A stretch of DNA of 64,000 bases from Paludibacteraceae bacterium (lineage in GTDB: Bacteria > Bacteroidota > Bacteroidia > Bacteroidales > Paludibacteraceae), in assembly GCA_905234025.1 (NCBI GenBank), contig CAJOFT010000001.1, positions 1,042 through 65,041 of the forward strand, read 5' to 3'. A program made the position numbers and the translations under genes. A model generated the notes under the pieces. The model did not search any database, was not told where the DNA came from, and saw only the letters and a program-made list of their open reading frames with translations. Shown in pieces: positions 25,780 through 34,138 of the stretch. Numbering within the stretch: position 1 is the first letter of the stretch; every line of letters begins with the position of its first letter.

Positions 25780-27789
25780 ATGTCAAACAAATTCAAATTG
25801 TGCGGCTATGCCGCTTTGCTCATGCTTATGGCAACCTCCTGTAACAAACCTCTATCTATCGGAATCAACCCTGCGAACTTGGACACGACGGCAATTCCTC
25901 AAAACGATTTCTATCAATATGCTTGTGGCGGTTGGATGGCTTCTCACCCGCTGCCGGGCGAATATAGCCGCTTTGGCAGTTTTGACGAGTTGGGACTTCG
26001 TAATCTGGAGCAAGTGAACGGACTGATTACGGATATTGCTGCCAAACAGCATCGTCACGGTACGGTGGAGCAGAAAATCGGTGATTTCTATAACCTTGCC
26101 ATGGATACGGTCCGCCGCAATCAGGAAGGCATTGAGCCGCTGCGCAAAACGCTTGAGGATATCCAACAAATAAGCCAACGCGAACAACTGAGCGAAAAAC
26201 TTGGTGCGTCAATGGACTACGGATTGTTTGCTATGTACGTAGAAGCCGATGCACGTAACTCGTCTATGAACATTCTCAACGAGTATCAGGCCGGTTATGC
26301 CTTAGGCGAGAAGGAGTATTACTTCGATGCCGATGAGCATACAACCATGATCCGCAACGAATATGTGAAACACGTTGCCCGTATGTTCCAACTCTGTGGC
26401 TTCGAAGATGGCGAACAGCGTGCGCAGACCGTGTTGCGCCTGGAGACCCGTTTGGCAGGTGCTGCTTTGGATAATGTGGAGCTGCGTGACCCGATTCGCA
26501 ATTATAACAAGATGTCGATTGCCGAGCTGCAGAACCTTGTTCCGGAGATTGATTGGAACGTATTCCTGTCTGCCATGGATATTCACACGGATAGTCTGAG
26601 CGTTGGACAAATAGAGCATCTCAAAGAATGTGGCAAACTATTGGCGGAAGAACCGTTAGAGGATATCAAGACACTGTTCTTGTGGCAAGCGATTGACGAT
26701 GCGGCAGATTATCTCTCTGACGAGTTATTTATGGCGAACTTTGATTTCTATGGTCGTATTCTCAGTGGCAGCGAAGAACCGCGTCCACTATGGAAACGTG
26801 CCGTCGGCATTGTGGAAGGTACGCTGGGCGAAGCTGTCGGTCAGATGTATGTGAAGCGTTATTTCCCGAAAGAGAACAAAGAGCGCATGTTGGCGTTGGT
26901 TCGTAATCTGCAAAAGGCTTTTGGCCAGCGTATAGAGGCGCTGACGTGGATGTCGGACGAGACCAAGGCTAAGGCTTTAGAGAAGTTGGAAACGATGACC
27001 ATAAAGATTGGTTATCCCGACAAATGGCGCGATTACTCCAAACTCGATGTAGATCCGTCGCTGTCGTATTATGAGAATGTTCAGCGTGCAGCGAAGTTTG
27101 AGCAGGAATACAGTCTCAGTTTCCTTGACAAACCGGTGGACAAAGCGAAGTGGTATATGTTCCCTCAGACTGTGAATGCGTATTACAACCCGTCCAGTAA
27201 CGAGATTTGCTTCCCAGCCGGTATCCTCCAATATCCGTTCTTTGATATGTCTGCTGACGATGCGTTTAACTATGGCGCTATAGGTGTAGTTATCGGACAT
27301 GAGATGACGCACGGCTTCGATGACCAGGGTTGTCAGTTTGATAAGGACGGTAACCTGAACAACTGGTGGACAGCCGAGGACAAAGCAAACTTTGATGCCC
27401 GTACCAAAGTGATGGAAGAGTTCTTTAATGCCATCGAGGTGGCTCCCGGTGTACATGCCAACGGAGCATTTACTCTCGGCGAGAATATTGCCGACCATGG
27501 AGGCTTGCAGATATCATTTACTGCATTTAAGAACTTGAACTATACGGAACAACCCGGTGTGTCACAGTTCACGCCAGAGCAGCGTTTCTTCTTGGCATAC
27601 GCCAATGTATGGGCTGCTAATATCCGTCCGGAAGAGATTCTCAAACGCACGAAATCCGACCCGCACTCGCTGGGCAGATGGCGCGTCAATGGTGCGCTAC
27701 CGCAGATAAGTGCATGGTACGATGCATGGAACGTGACGGAACAAAGCCCGATGTTCGTTCCCGAAGACAAGCGTGTAAGTATTTGGTAA
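25780..27789 (+). CDS. M13 family zinc metallopeptidase (PepO / endothelin-converting-enzyme-like) lipoprotein
   Basis: Lipobox MATSC. HEMTHGFD zinc motif, NAYY, and ENIADHGG. Confidence 0.9.
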   Translation: MSNKFKLCGYAALLMLMATSCNKPLSIGINPANLDTTAIPQNDFYQYACGGWMASHPLPGEYSRFGSFDELGLRNLEQVNGLITDIAAKQHRHGTVEQKIGDFYNLAMDTVRRNQEGIEPLRKTLEDIQQISQREQLSEKLGASMDYGLFAMYVEADARNSSMNILNEYQAGYALGEKEYYFDADEHTTMIRNEYVKHVARMFQLCGFEDGEQRAQTVLRLETRLAGAALDNVELRDPIRNYNKMSIAELQNLVPEIDWNVFLSAMDIHTDSLSVGQIEHLKECGKLLAEEPLEDIKTLFLWQAIDDAADYLSDELFMANFDFYGRILSGSEEPRPLWKRAVGIVEGTLGEAVGQMYVKRYFPKENKERMLALVRNLQKAFGQRIEALTWMSDETKAKALEKLETMTIKIGYPDKWRDYSKLDVDPSLSYYENVQRAAKFEQEYSLSFLDKPVDKAKWYMFPQTVNAYYNPSSNEICFPAGILQYPFFDMSADDAFNYGAIGVVIGHEMTHGFDDQGCQFDKDGNLNNWWTAEDKANFDARTKVMEEFFNAIEVAPGVHANGAFTLGENIADHGGLQISFTAFKNLNYTEQPGVSQFTPEQRFFLAYANVWAANIRPEEILKRTKSDPHSLGRWRVNGALPQISAWYDAWNVTEQSPMFVPEDKRVSIW

Positions 27790-27793
27790 AAGC

Positions 27794-27823
27794 AAGGCGC
27801 ACTTGAAGGTGCGCCTTTTTATT
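27794..27823. terminator. Hairpin terminator between convergent genes
   Basis: AAGGCGCAC / GTGCGCCTT 9-bp stem with a 6-nt loop, followed by TTTATTT. Confidence 0.7.
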
Positions 27824-28029
27824 TAATCAAACAGCGTCGGACTATCCTTGTCCAAACGGTGTAGTATGCTGCGCATTAGAGCCTCTCGGATGAGCCGGCT
27901 TCGGTTATTTACAGTGTAGCGTTCACAAAAACGATTCAACGCCCGCATCTCGCTGTCGTTGAGCATAATGGAGATGCGGTTGTTTCGTTGCTCTTTAGCA
28001 AATTTCTTATCGGATGGTTGTGGATTCAT
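27823..28029 (-). CDS. Ribbon-helix-helix (CopG-like) DNA-binding protein
   Basis: 68 aa. RISIMLNDSE (beta strand), MRALNRFCERY (helix), NRSRLIREALMRSI (helix). The start overlaps the upstream stop (TAATG). Confidence 0.55.
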   Translation of the reverse strand: MNPQPSDKKFAKEQRNNRISIMLNDSEMRALNRFCERYTVNNRSRLIREALMRSILHRLDKDSPTLFD

Positions 28030-28766
28030 TAGAATGAAATAGCGGCGTTGATGCCAATAGTCACGAAACTGCGGCCTGCTTGGTTAACAAAGACATTCTC
28101 AGTCCCATTTTCGACAATGGTTTCCGTAGCAGCAATCTCTGCTTGCTGGAACTGGACTCGGGCACTCAAGTAAAAGGCCGAATGATTACTAATTCGATAT
28201 TTATATCCGACTTCTCCGCCGGTAAAAATGCCGCCTTTGCAGTTTTTGCTTACTCCGAATCCGTATCCGATAGCAGCACCAAGATACGGCGCATGTTTGC
28301 CTTCTAAAAACGGAATTTTCATAGCCACCTCAAGAGGAAGGAACGTATAGTTTTTTCCGTTTGCAAACAAGCCGTGTACACCTAATCCGCCTCCAAGGAA
28401 GATACTGCGACCGGCAATTTGTCGCGAACCGATGAGCAATTCACCTCCTATGTGTCCTCCTCTGCTTTCCTGCGGGATAATCGTACCACCACCGGTTAAA
28501 CCAATTATGAATGACACTTTGCGGCCGACAACTTGCTGTTCTTCTTCTACTTGTGTTTCTTCTACCACATTTTCTTCGACAGACAACACTTCTGCGGCGG
28601 GATATTGAAAACGGGCTCCTTCGCTATTCTTGATAATCAGCACTTCTTCGTTATGAATAACGACATCGCCACGCACCACTTGGCCGTTGCGAAGCGTCAC
28701 TACGGACAGTGCTTGACAATACAAGCACACATACATACCGACTATCAATAATAGCCCTCTTTTCAT
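28029..28766 (-). CDS. Small outer-membrane beta-barrel protein with an N-terminal soluble domain
   Basis: Start taken at MKRGLLL, because the longer ORF begins inside the -7 box. Signal peptide ...LYCQA. Acidic linker EENVVEETQVEEEQQ. Gly-rich amphipathic strands. Terminal F. Confidence 0.55.
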   Translation of the reverse strand: MKRGLLLIVGMYVCLYCQALSVVTLRNGQVVRGDVVIHNEEVLIIKNSEGARFQYPAAEVLSVEENVVEETQVEEEQQVVGRKVSFIIGLTGGGTIIPQESRGGHIGGELLIGSRQIAGRSIFLGGGLGVHGLFANGKNYTFLPLEVAMKIPFLEGKHAPYLGAAIGYGFGVSKNCKGGIFTGGEVGYKYRISNHSAFYLSARVQFQQAEIAATETIVENGTENVFVNQAGRSFVTIGINAAISF

Positions 28767-28775
28767 TTTTCGCTG

Positions 28776-28783
28776 CAAAGGTA
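28776..28783 (-). promoter_or_regulatory. -7 box for the 28766 gene
   Basis: Reverse-complement TACCTTTG, 9 nt before the ATG. Confidence 0.5.
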
Positions 28784-28829
28784 CAACATTTTATCGATAT
28801 CCACAAGTATTGAAAGAGAAAATTTATTT

Positions 28830-28860
28830 TTTAAATAAAAAAAGCGACCGAAGCCGCTTT
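28830..28860 (-). terminator. rpoD terminator
   Basis: On the minus strand: GCGGC-UUCG-GUCGC hairpin followed by UUUUUUUAUUU. Confidence 0.65.
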
Positions 28861-28894
28861 TAGTTAACACTGTCCGCAAGTAGAGCGTATCAGA

Positions 28895-29755
28895 CTATCC
28901 AAGATATGTCTGGAGGATGTGGCTGCGTTGACCGGAGTGAAGACGACGAATCGCCTTCTCTTTGATTTGGCGAACACGCTCCCTAGTCAGGTGAAGTTCT
29001 TCACCGATTTCCTCTAAGGTTTTTTCGGGCACGCCGATACCGAAGAACTTGCGTAAGATTTCAGCCTCACGCGGGGTAAGTGTCGATAAAGCGCGTCCCA
29101 CCTCAGTACGAAGGGATTCGTTAATCAAACCACGGTCTGCATTGGGGGAGTCTTCGTTGACCATCACATCAATAAGACTATTGTCTTCCCCTTCTACGAA
29201 GGGTGCATCTACAGAGACGTGGCGTCCGGACATTTTTAGGATGTCAACAATCTTATCGACGGGCAGGTCGAGTACATCCGCCAATTCTTCTGCTGACGGT
29301 CTGCGTTCAAACTCTTGTTCAAAGCGCTGTAACGCCTTGTTGACTTTGTTAGACAGACCGACTTGGTTGAGTGGCAAACGGACAATACGAGACTGTTCCG
29401 CCAGAGCTTGCAGGATAGATTGACGAATCCACCATACCGCATAAGAGATAAACTTAAAACCACGAGTCTCGTCAAATTTCTCGGCAGCCTTAATAAGGCC
29501 AAGATTGCCTTCGTTGATAAGGTCAGGAAGGCTGAGGCCCTGATTTTGATACTGTTTTGCTACGGAAACGACGAAACGCAAGTTGGCACGAGTAAGTTTC
29601 TCTAATGCAGCACGGTCTCCATTACGGATACGACCAGCCAGTTCTACTTCCTCTTCGACAGTCACCAAGTCTTCTCGACCAATCTCTTGAAGGTACTTGT
29701 CTAGCGACGCCGACTCACGGTTAGTGATTGAATGTGTAATTTTTAATTGACGCAT
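28895..29755 (-). CDS. rpoD: Primary RNA polymerase sigma factor (sigma-70 family)
   Basis: Start taken at MRQLKITHS, because the longer ORF runs into the tRNA. Regions 2-4 are recognisable ([45 protein letters not shown]). Confidence 0.9.
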   Translation of the reverse strand: MRQLKITHSITNRESASLDKYLQEIGREDLVTVEEEVELAGRIRNGDRAALEKLTRANLRFVVSVAKQYQNQGLSLPDLINEGNLGLIKAAEKFDETRGFKFISYAVWWIRQSILQALAEQSRIVRLPLNQVGLSNKVNKALQRFEQEFERRPSAEELADVLDLPVDKIVDILKMSGRHVSVDAPFVEGEDNSLIDVMVNEDSPNADRGLINESLRTEVGRALSTLTPREAEILRKFFGIGVPEKTLEEIGEELHLTRERVRQIKEKAIRRLHSGQRSHILQTYLG

Positions 29756-29777
29756 ATATTTGTTATATGATCTTTCG

Positions 29778-29851
29778 TGATTCGGGGGGGATTCGAACCC
29801 CCGACCCACAGCTTAGAAGGCTGTTGCTCTATCCAACTGAGCTACCGAACC
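29778..29851 (-). tRNA. tRNA-Arg (anticodon UCU)
   Basis: 74-nt cloverleaf folded by hand: acceptor GGTTCGG / CCGAATC, D-arm GCTC...GAGC, anticodon stem ACAGC / GCTGT with loop CTTCTAA, T-arm GGGGG-TTCGAAT-CCCCC. No CCA is encoded. Confidence 0.9.
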
Positions 29852-29890
29852 ATATAGGCCGTCTTTTGGGGCGGCGAACAAAAAAGCGCG

Positions 29891-29922
29891 CAAAGGTACG
29901 GCTTTTTTTTGAACTATGCAAA
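29891..29922 (-). promoter_or_regulatory. Promoter upstream of tRNA-Arg (and probably rpoD)
   Basis: Reverse-complement TACCTTTG at 29891-29898 and TTTG at 29919-29922, with a 20-nt spacer. Confidence 0.55.
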
Positions 29923-29946
29923 TTTTTTTATTAAATGTTATTTTTT

Positions 29947-29978
29947 TTTGCATATATGCAAATTTTGTAGTACCTTTG
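29947..29978 (+). promoter_or_regulatory. malQ promoter
   Basis: TTTG at 29947-29950 (part of TTTGCATATATGCAAA), 20 nt, then TACCTTTG at 29971-29978. Confidence 0.6.
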
Positions 29979-30021
29979 CAGCCTGAATCGAAAGAAATGA
30001 ATAACACAAAATATCAGACTC

Positions 30022-32625
30022 ATGAATTTGACATTTCAAATCAATTATCGCACGCCTTATGGCCAGTCCATTTGCGTGATTGAAACCGAGCAGTCAGTAC
30101 TCGGTTGGACCGAGCAAAATCCGTTGGTTCTTAACTGTCAAGGCCAGGATTTCTGGACAGCAACGCTGCCTATATCCGATTTTGCCGGTACGTTGTCGTA
30201 TAAGTATGCAATCCGTTTGCCTGAAGGTGGATTCTTGTATGAGTCGGGTCTCCCTCGTCACTTGGTGCTGCGTAATGCTGATAAGAAACTGGTGGTGAGA
30301 GATTTCTGGCAGTCACAAGATTATGAGAAAGCGTTTTATTCAACGGCATTCCTCAAGTCATTGTTCCTGCGTAAGGACGCCGTCAAAGCAAAGGCGCCGA
30401 AAGGCAATATCCGTTTTGCCATTGACTTGCCGCAGATTCTGCCTTCTCAAGGAGTGGGAATTATTGGTAATATCCCCGAGTTAGGCAATTGGAACACAGC
30501 CAATATGGTTCCCATGACCGATGGGGATTTCCCTGTATGGCGCGCAGACATTGAAGTGAAAGGTGACAGTATCATTGAGTATAAATACCTCATATACGAC
30601 CGTCACTCGGGCAACGTTGTAGATGTTGAGTGGGGAGAGAACCGTCATGTATGGGGTATTGAGAAAGATATCAAGATTCAACAGAATGACCGTTCGTTCC
30701 GTCGTAACCAGCCGCGATTCAAGGGCGCGGGTGTGGCTGTTCCGGTATTCTCGTTGCGTACGGAAGATGGCTTTGGAATTGGCGAGTTCCTAGATCTGAA
30801 GAAGATGGCTGATTGGGCCGCTTTGACAGGACAGAAGATGATTCAGACGCTGCCGATTAACGATACGACCTTGCGTCACAATAACCTGGACTCGTATCCC
30901 TACAACGCTGTTTCCGTATTTGCGCTTCATCCGATTTATATCAATATCCCGCGAATGGGTAAGTTAACCCCGGCGCAGAAGAAAAAATACGAGGCCACAA
31001 AGGCTGAGTTCAACGCAAAGCCGATTGCTGACTATCAGTGTGTTTATGACGAGAAGATGAAATATTTCAAGGCTTTGTATAAGTCCGAGAAAGAGGCATT
31101 GTTCTCAACGCAACAATACAAAGAGTTCTTCAATAAGAACCGCGAATGGTTGGAGCCCTACGCTGAGTTCCTGCACAAACGTGACAAACAGCCTGCAGAC
31201 TTCTATTACTTCCTGCAATTCCATGCTGATTTGCAATTGAGCGAAGCTGTAGCATACGCCCATTCGATTGGTGTAGCGATGAAGGGTGATATACCTATTG
31301 GTATCAGTCCTGACTCTGTAGATGCCCACACTGACCCGCAATTGTTCAACTTGGACGCTTCGGCCGGTGCACCACCTGACGATTTCTCTATCTCCGGTCA
31401 AAACTGGGGCTTCCCGACTTATAACTGGGACGTAATGGCTCAAGATAACTACAAGTGGTGGCGTCGCCGTTTCACGAAGATGCAGGATTACTTTGATGCA
31501 TATCGTATTGACCATATTCTTGGTTTCTTCCGTATATGGCAAATGCGCAAGACGGATGTTTGGGGACTTTGCGGTCATTTCTCACCGGCAATGCCGTATT
31601 CGCTTCAAGACTTGTGGAATATGGGTGTCGCATTGGATGAGGACCGTATGACCAAACCTTATATCCGTGCTAATTTCCTGGGCGAAGTATTCGGCTTTGA
31701 TACGGAATATGCGAAAGAGCACTTCCTTAACACCCGTGACGGATGGATTTTCTGGTTCAAAGATGAATTTGACAACCAAGTAAAGGTGGAGAACTACTTT
31801 GATGAGCAGTTAGCCCGTCCGCAGGCTGAGCGTTACAACCAACTGGGCGACGACACGCTCAACAACTTGAAGAATGGTTTGTTGTATCTGCATTGTGAGG
31901 TATTGTTCGTACGCGATCAGAAACATCCGGAGTTACTGCATCCGCGTATCTCTATCTATCAGGCACACTCGTTCAATGAGTTGTATGAGGATCAGAAGCA
32001 AGTGCTGATGGGCATTTATAACGACTATTTCTTCCGTCGTCACACGCAGTTCTGGCGTGAGTCCGCAATGCGCAAGTTGCCGACGTTGATTAATTCAACC
32101 GGTATGCTTTGCTGTGGCGAAGACTTAGGAATGGTTCCTGCTTGTGTACCAGATGTAATGCATGAGTTGCAGATTCTGAGTCTGGAGATTCAACGTATGC
32201 CGAAAGACCCGACCATTCCGTTTGCACACCCGGCAGATGCACCGTATCTGAGTGTTTGCACCACCGGTACGCACGATACGAATCCGCTTCGTGCATGGTG
32301 GGAAGAAGACCGTGCGGTAACGCAACGTTTTTACAACGAGCAGATGGGCTGGTGGGGCGAAGCTCCGCAAGAGATGTCTCCTGAAATTGCCGAGTTTATT
32401 GTTAATCAGCACATGTATTCACCGGCAATGTGGGTTATTCTGCCGCTGCAAGACTGGCTCGCCATCGATGGTGATGTGCGTCTACCGAATCAGTTCGGAG
32501 AGCGCATCAATGTGCCGGCCAATCCGAAACATTTCTGGAACTATCGCATGCACCTCACGATTGAGGATTTGCTTAAGAAAGATGCCTTTAACGAACACGT
32601 TCGCCGCCTCACTTCGGTGAGGTAG
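30022..32625 (+). CDS. malQ: 4-alpha-glucanotransferase (GH77) with an N-terminal starch-binding (CBM20-like) region
   Basis: 867 aa. N-terminal beta-sandwich repeats. GH77 core (AGVAVPVFSLR..., GDIPIGIS, YRIDHILGFFRIW, CGEDLG, GTHD). Confidence 0.88.
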   Translation: MNLTFQINYRTPYGQSICVIETEQSVLGWTEQNPLVLNCQGQDFWTATLPISDFAGTLSYKYAIRLPEGGFLYESGLPRHLVLRNADKKLVVRDFWQSQDYEKAFYSTAFLKSLFLRKDAVKAKAPKGNIRFAIDLPQILPSQGVGIIGNIPELGNWNTANMVPMTDGDFPVWRADIEVKGDSIIEYKYLIYDRHSGNVVDVEWGENRHVWGIEKDIKIQQNDRSFRRNQPRFKGAGVAVPVFSLRTEDGFGIGEFLDLKKMADWAALTGQKMIQTLPINDTTLRHNNLDSYPYNAVSVFALHPIYINIPRMGKLTPAQKKKYEATKAEFNAKPIADYQCVYDEKMKYFKALYKSEKEALFSTQQYKEFFNKNREWLEPYAEFLHKRDKQPADFYYFLQFHADLQLSEAVAYAHSIGVAMKGDIPIGISPDSVDAHTDPQLFNLDASAGAPPDDFSISGQNWGFPTYNWDVMAQDNYKWWRRRFTKMQDYFDAYRIDHILGFFRIWQMRKTDVWGLCGHFSPAMPYSLQDLWNMGVALDEDRMTKPYIRANFLGEVFGFDTEYAKEHFLNTRDGWIFWFKDEFDNQVKVENYFDEQLARPQAERYNQLGDDTLNNLKNGLLYLHCEVLFVRDQKHPELLHPRISIYQAHSFNELYEDQKQVLMGIYNDYFFRRHTQFWRESAMRKLPTLINSTGMLCCGEDLGMVPACVPDVMHELQILSLEIQRMPKDPTIPFAHPADAPYLSVCTTGTHDTNPLRAWWEEDRAVTQRFYNEQMGWWGEAPQEMSPEIAEFIVNQHMYSPAMWVILPLQDWLAIDGDVRLPNQFGERINVPANPKHFWNYRMHLTIEDLLKKDAFNEHVRRLTSVR

Positions 32626-34024
32626 CGGCCGGTTCGGCAAGCACAAAGTCAATTTGATGCTTGTCCACGTCGGCACGAACGACTTTGACGCGCAGTTTGT
32701 CGCCCAAAGTGAACGTTCTACCGCTACGTTCGGCAATAAGACGGAAGTTCTTCTCGTCGAATAACATGTAATCTCCCGGTACGAGGGTATTGATATGTAT
32801 CAATCCTTCGCACCGGTTGTTTTCTAACTGTACGAACAAACCGAAATCGGTAACACTTGTGACGGCGCCATCAAATTCTTCGTTGAGATGGTCGGATATC
32901 CACAGCGTTTGCATTTCTTTGACGGAGTCACGTTCCAGTTGTTGGGCATTCTGTTCCATTTCGGAGCAATGTTGGCAAGCTTCTTCGAGATCATGCTGTT
33001 CGGCATTGTTGCGCAGACGTTCGCCTAAGATGTGGCGTGCCACCAGACGATGTACCATCAAATCGGGATAGCGGCGTATAGGTGAAGTAAAGTGGGTATA
33101 GTAATCGAAAGCCAAGCCGTAGTGGCCGATGTTTTTCGTGGAATAGACTGCTTTAGCCATGGCGCGAATCGTCAGCATCTCAATTACTTGCGAGGGGATT
33201 CGGTCGCCAAGATTCCGACGGAACTGAGATAATTTTTCCAGTTTCTCGGAATCGGGTTTGTCATGAATACGGTATACAAACGGATGTCCTCGTCGTCCCA
33301 TTTCGGTAGCAATCGTGCGGTTGGCAAGGAGCATAAACTCTTCAATCAGATGATTGGCGTCTGTGGGTTGGACGAAATATATGTCTATCGGATGGCTGTG
33401 TTCATCCAAGCGGAAACGTACTTCTTCCTGCTCTATATCCAAAGCGCCGGCAGCCATTCGCTGTGTGCGAAGTTTTTTAGCCAAATTGTTGATTGTGGTG
33501 AGCGCTTCAACTAATTTGGGAGTGGCTTGAGAGTGGCTTGAGAGTGGCTTAACGTCAGCTACATGGTCTAGGATTGCCTGCACTTCGTCATAGGTAAGGC
33601 GGAAGTCGCTGCGGATGACCGTTCGGCACACCTTATATTTATATATAGTAGCGTCAGGACCGATGGTAAAGATGACGGACATACAAAGTTTGTCTTCGTT
33701 AGGACGGAGCGAGCAGAGGTTATTGCACAACTTTTCCGGCAACATCGGATCAACGTGATCCACATAATAGATGCTGGTGCCCCGTTCATAGGCATCGTTA
33801 TCGATTTTATCGCCCGGAAGAACGTAGTGTGAGACATCGGCAATGTGAACGCCGATTAAAAATGTGCCATCTTCCTGTTTGGTATAAGACAAAGCATCAT
33901 CAAAATCCTTGGCATCAGCCGGGTCGATGGTAAACGTTAACAGGTCGCGCACATCGCGTCTGCGAAGGATTTCAGATTCGGGAACAAAAGCCGGGGATTG
34001 CTTTATTGAGTTAGCATTTTTCAT
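32609..34024 (-). CDS. RNase II/R family 3'-5' exoribonuclease, short form (RNB + S1 only)
   Basis: RNB motifs [28 protein letters not shown] and [27 protein letters not shown]-terminal S1 domain ([15 protein letters not shown]). No N-terminal cold-shock/OB region. Its 3' end overlaps malQ by 17 nt. Confidence 0.8.
   Translation of the reverse strand: MKNANSIKQSPAFVPESEILRRRDVRDLLTFTIDPADAKDFDDALSYTKQEDGTFLIGVHIADVSHYVLPGDKIDNDAYERGTSIYYVDHVDPMLPEKLCNNLCSLRPNEDKLCMSVIFTIGPDATIYKYKVCRTVIRSDFRLTYDEVQAILDHVADVKPLSSHSQATPKLVEALTTINNLAKKLRTQRMAAGALDIEQEEVRFRLDEHSHPIDIYFVQPTDANHLIEEFMLLANRTIATEMGRRGHPFVYRIHDKPDSEKLEKLSQFRRNLGDRIPSQVIEMLTIRAMAKAVYSTKNIGHYGLAFDYYTHFTSPIRRYPDLMVHRLVARHILGERLRNNAEQHDLEEACQHCSEMEQNAQQLERDSVKEMQTLWISDHLNEEFDGAVTSVTDFGLFVQLENNRCEGLIHINTLVPGDYMLFDEKNFRLIAERSGRTFTLGDKLRVKVVRADVDKHQIDFVLAEPAATSPK
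33518..33550 (-). repeat. 11-bp x3 tandem repeat inside the RNase II/R-like CDS
   Basis: Minus strand reads AAGCCACTCTC AAGCCACTCTC AAGCCACTCCC, which encodes [11 protein letters not shown]. Confidence 0.9.
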
Positions 34025-34034
34025 AATTCAGGCG

Positions 34035-34066
34035 CAAAAGTAGAAAATTTTTTGCAGATGTGCAAA
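34035..34066 (-). promoter_or_regulatory. Promoter for the RNase II/R-like gene
   Basis: Reverse-complement TACTTTTG at 34035-34042 and TTTG at 34063-34066, with a 20-nt spacer. 10 nt separate the -7 box from the ATG. Confidence 0.55.
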
Positions 34067-34082
34067 TTTTTCCGTACCTTTG
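34051..34082 (+). promoter_or_regulatory. glgP promoter
   Basis: TTTG at 34051-34054, 20 nt, then TACCTTTG at 34075-34082. It overlaps the divergent promoter. Confidence 0.6.
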
Positions 34083-34138
34083 CACGCTTTTTCTGTGAAA
34101 AGCATACGGAAGAAATAATAATTAAACACAAAATAACT

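Noticed and set aside
29947-29962. The perfect 16-bp palindrome TTTGCATATATGCAAA as a dedicated operator.
   Set aside because: Its left half is exactly the -33 TTTG of the malQ promoter at the canonical 20-nt spacing. The same TTTGC(A/G)TATATG string occurs at the TPR-gene and gyrB promoters, so it is most simply an extended -33/spacer consensus. I kept it only as a side remark under the overlapping-promoter finding.
34052-34138. N-terminal extensions suggested by the ORF track: 34052 for glgP, 40628 for the lipoprotein, 10363 for the membrane protein, 10466 for the HhH protein, 28778 for the barrel protein, 29809 for rpoD, 56242 for the SPOR gene and 51016 for LOG.
   Set aside because: Each extension runs through a predicted -33/-7 promoter, a tRNA or a tandem repeat, and starts with a non-ATG codon or lacks the signal peptide that appears at the internal ATG. 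I used the downstream starts.
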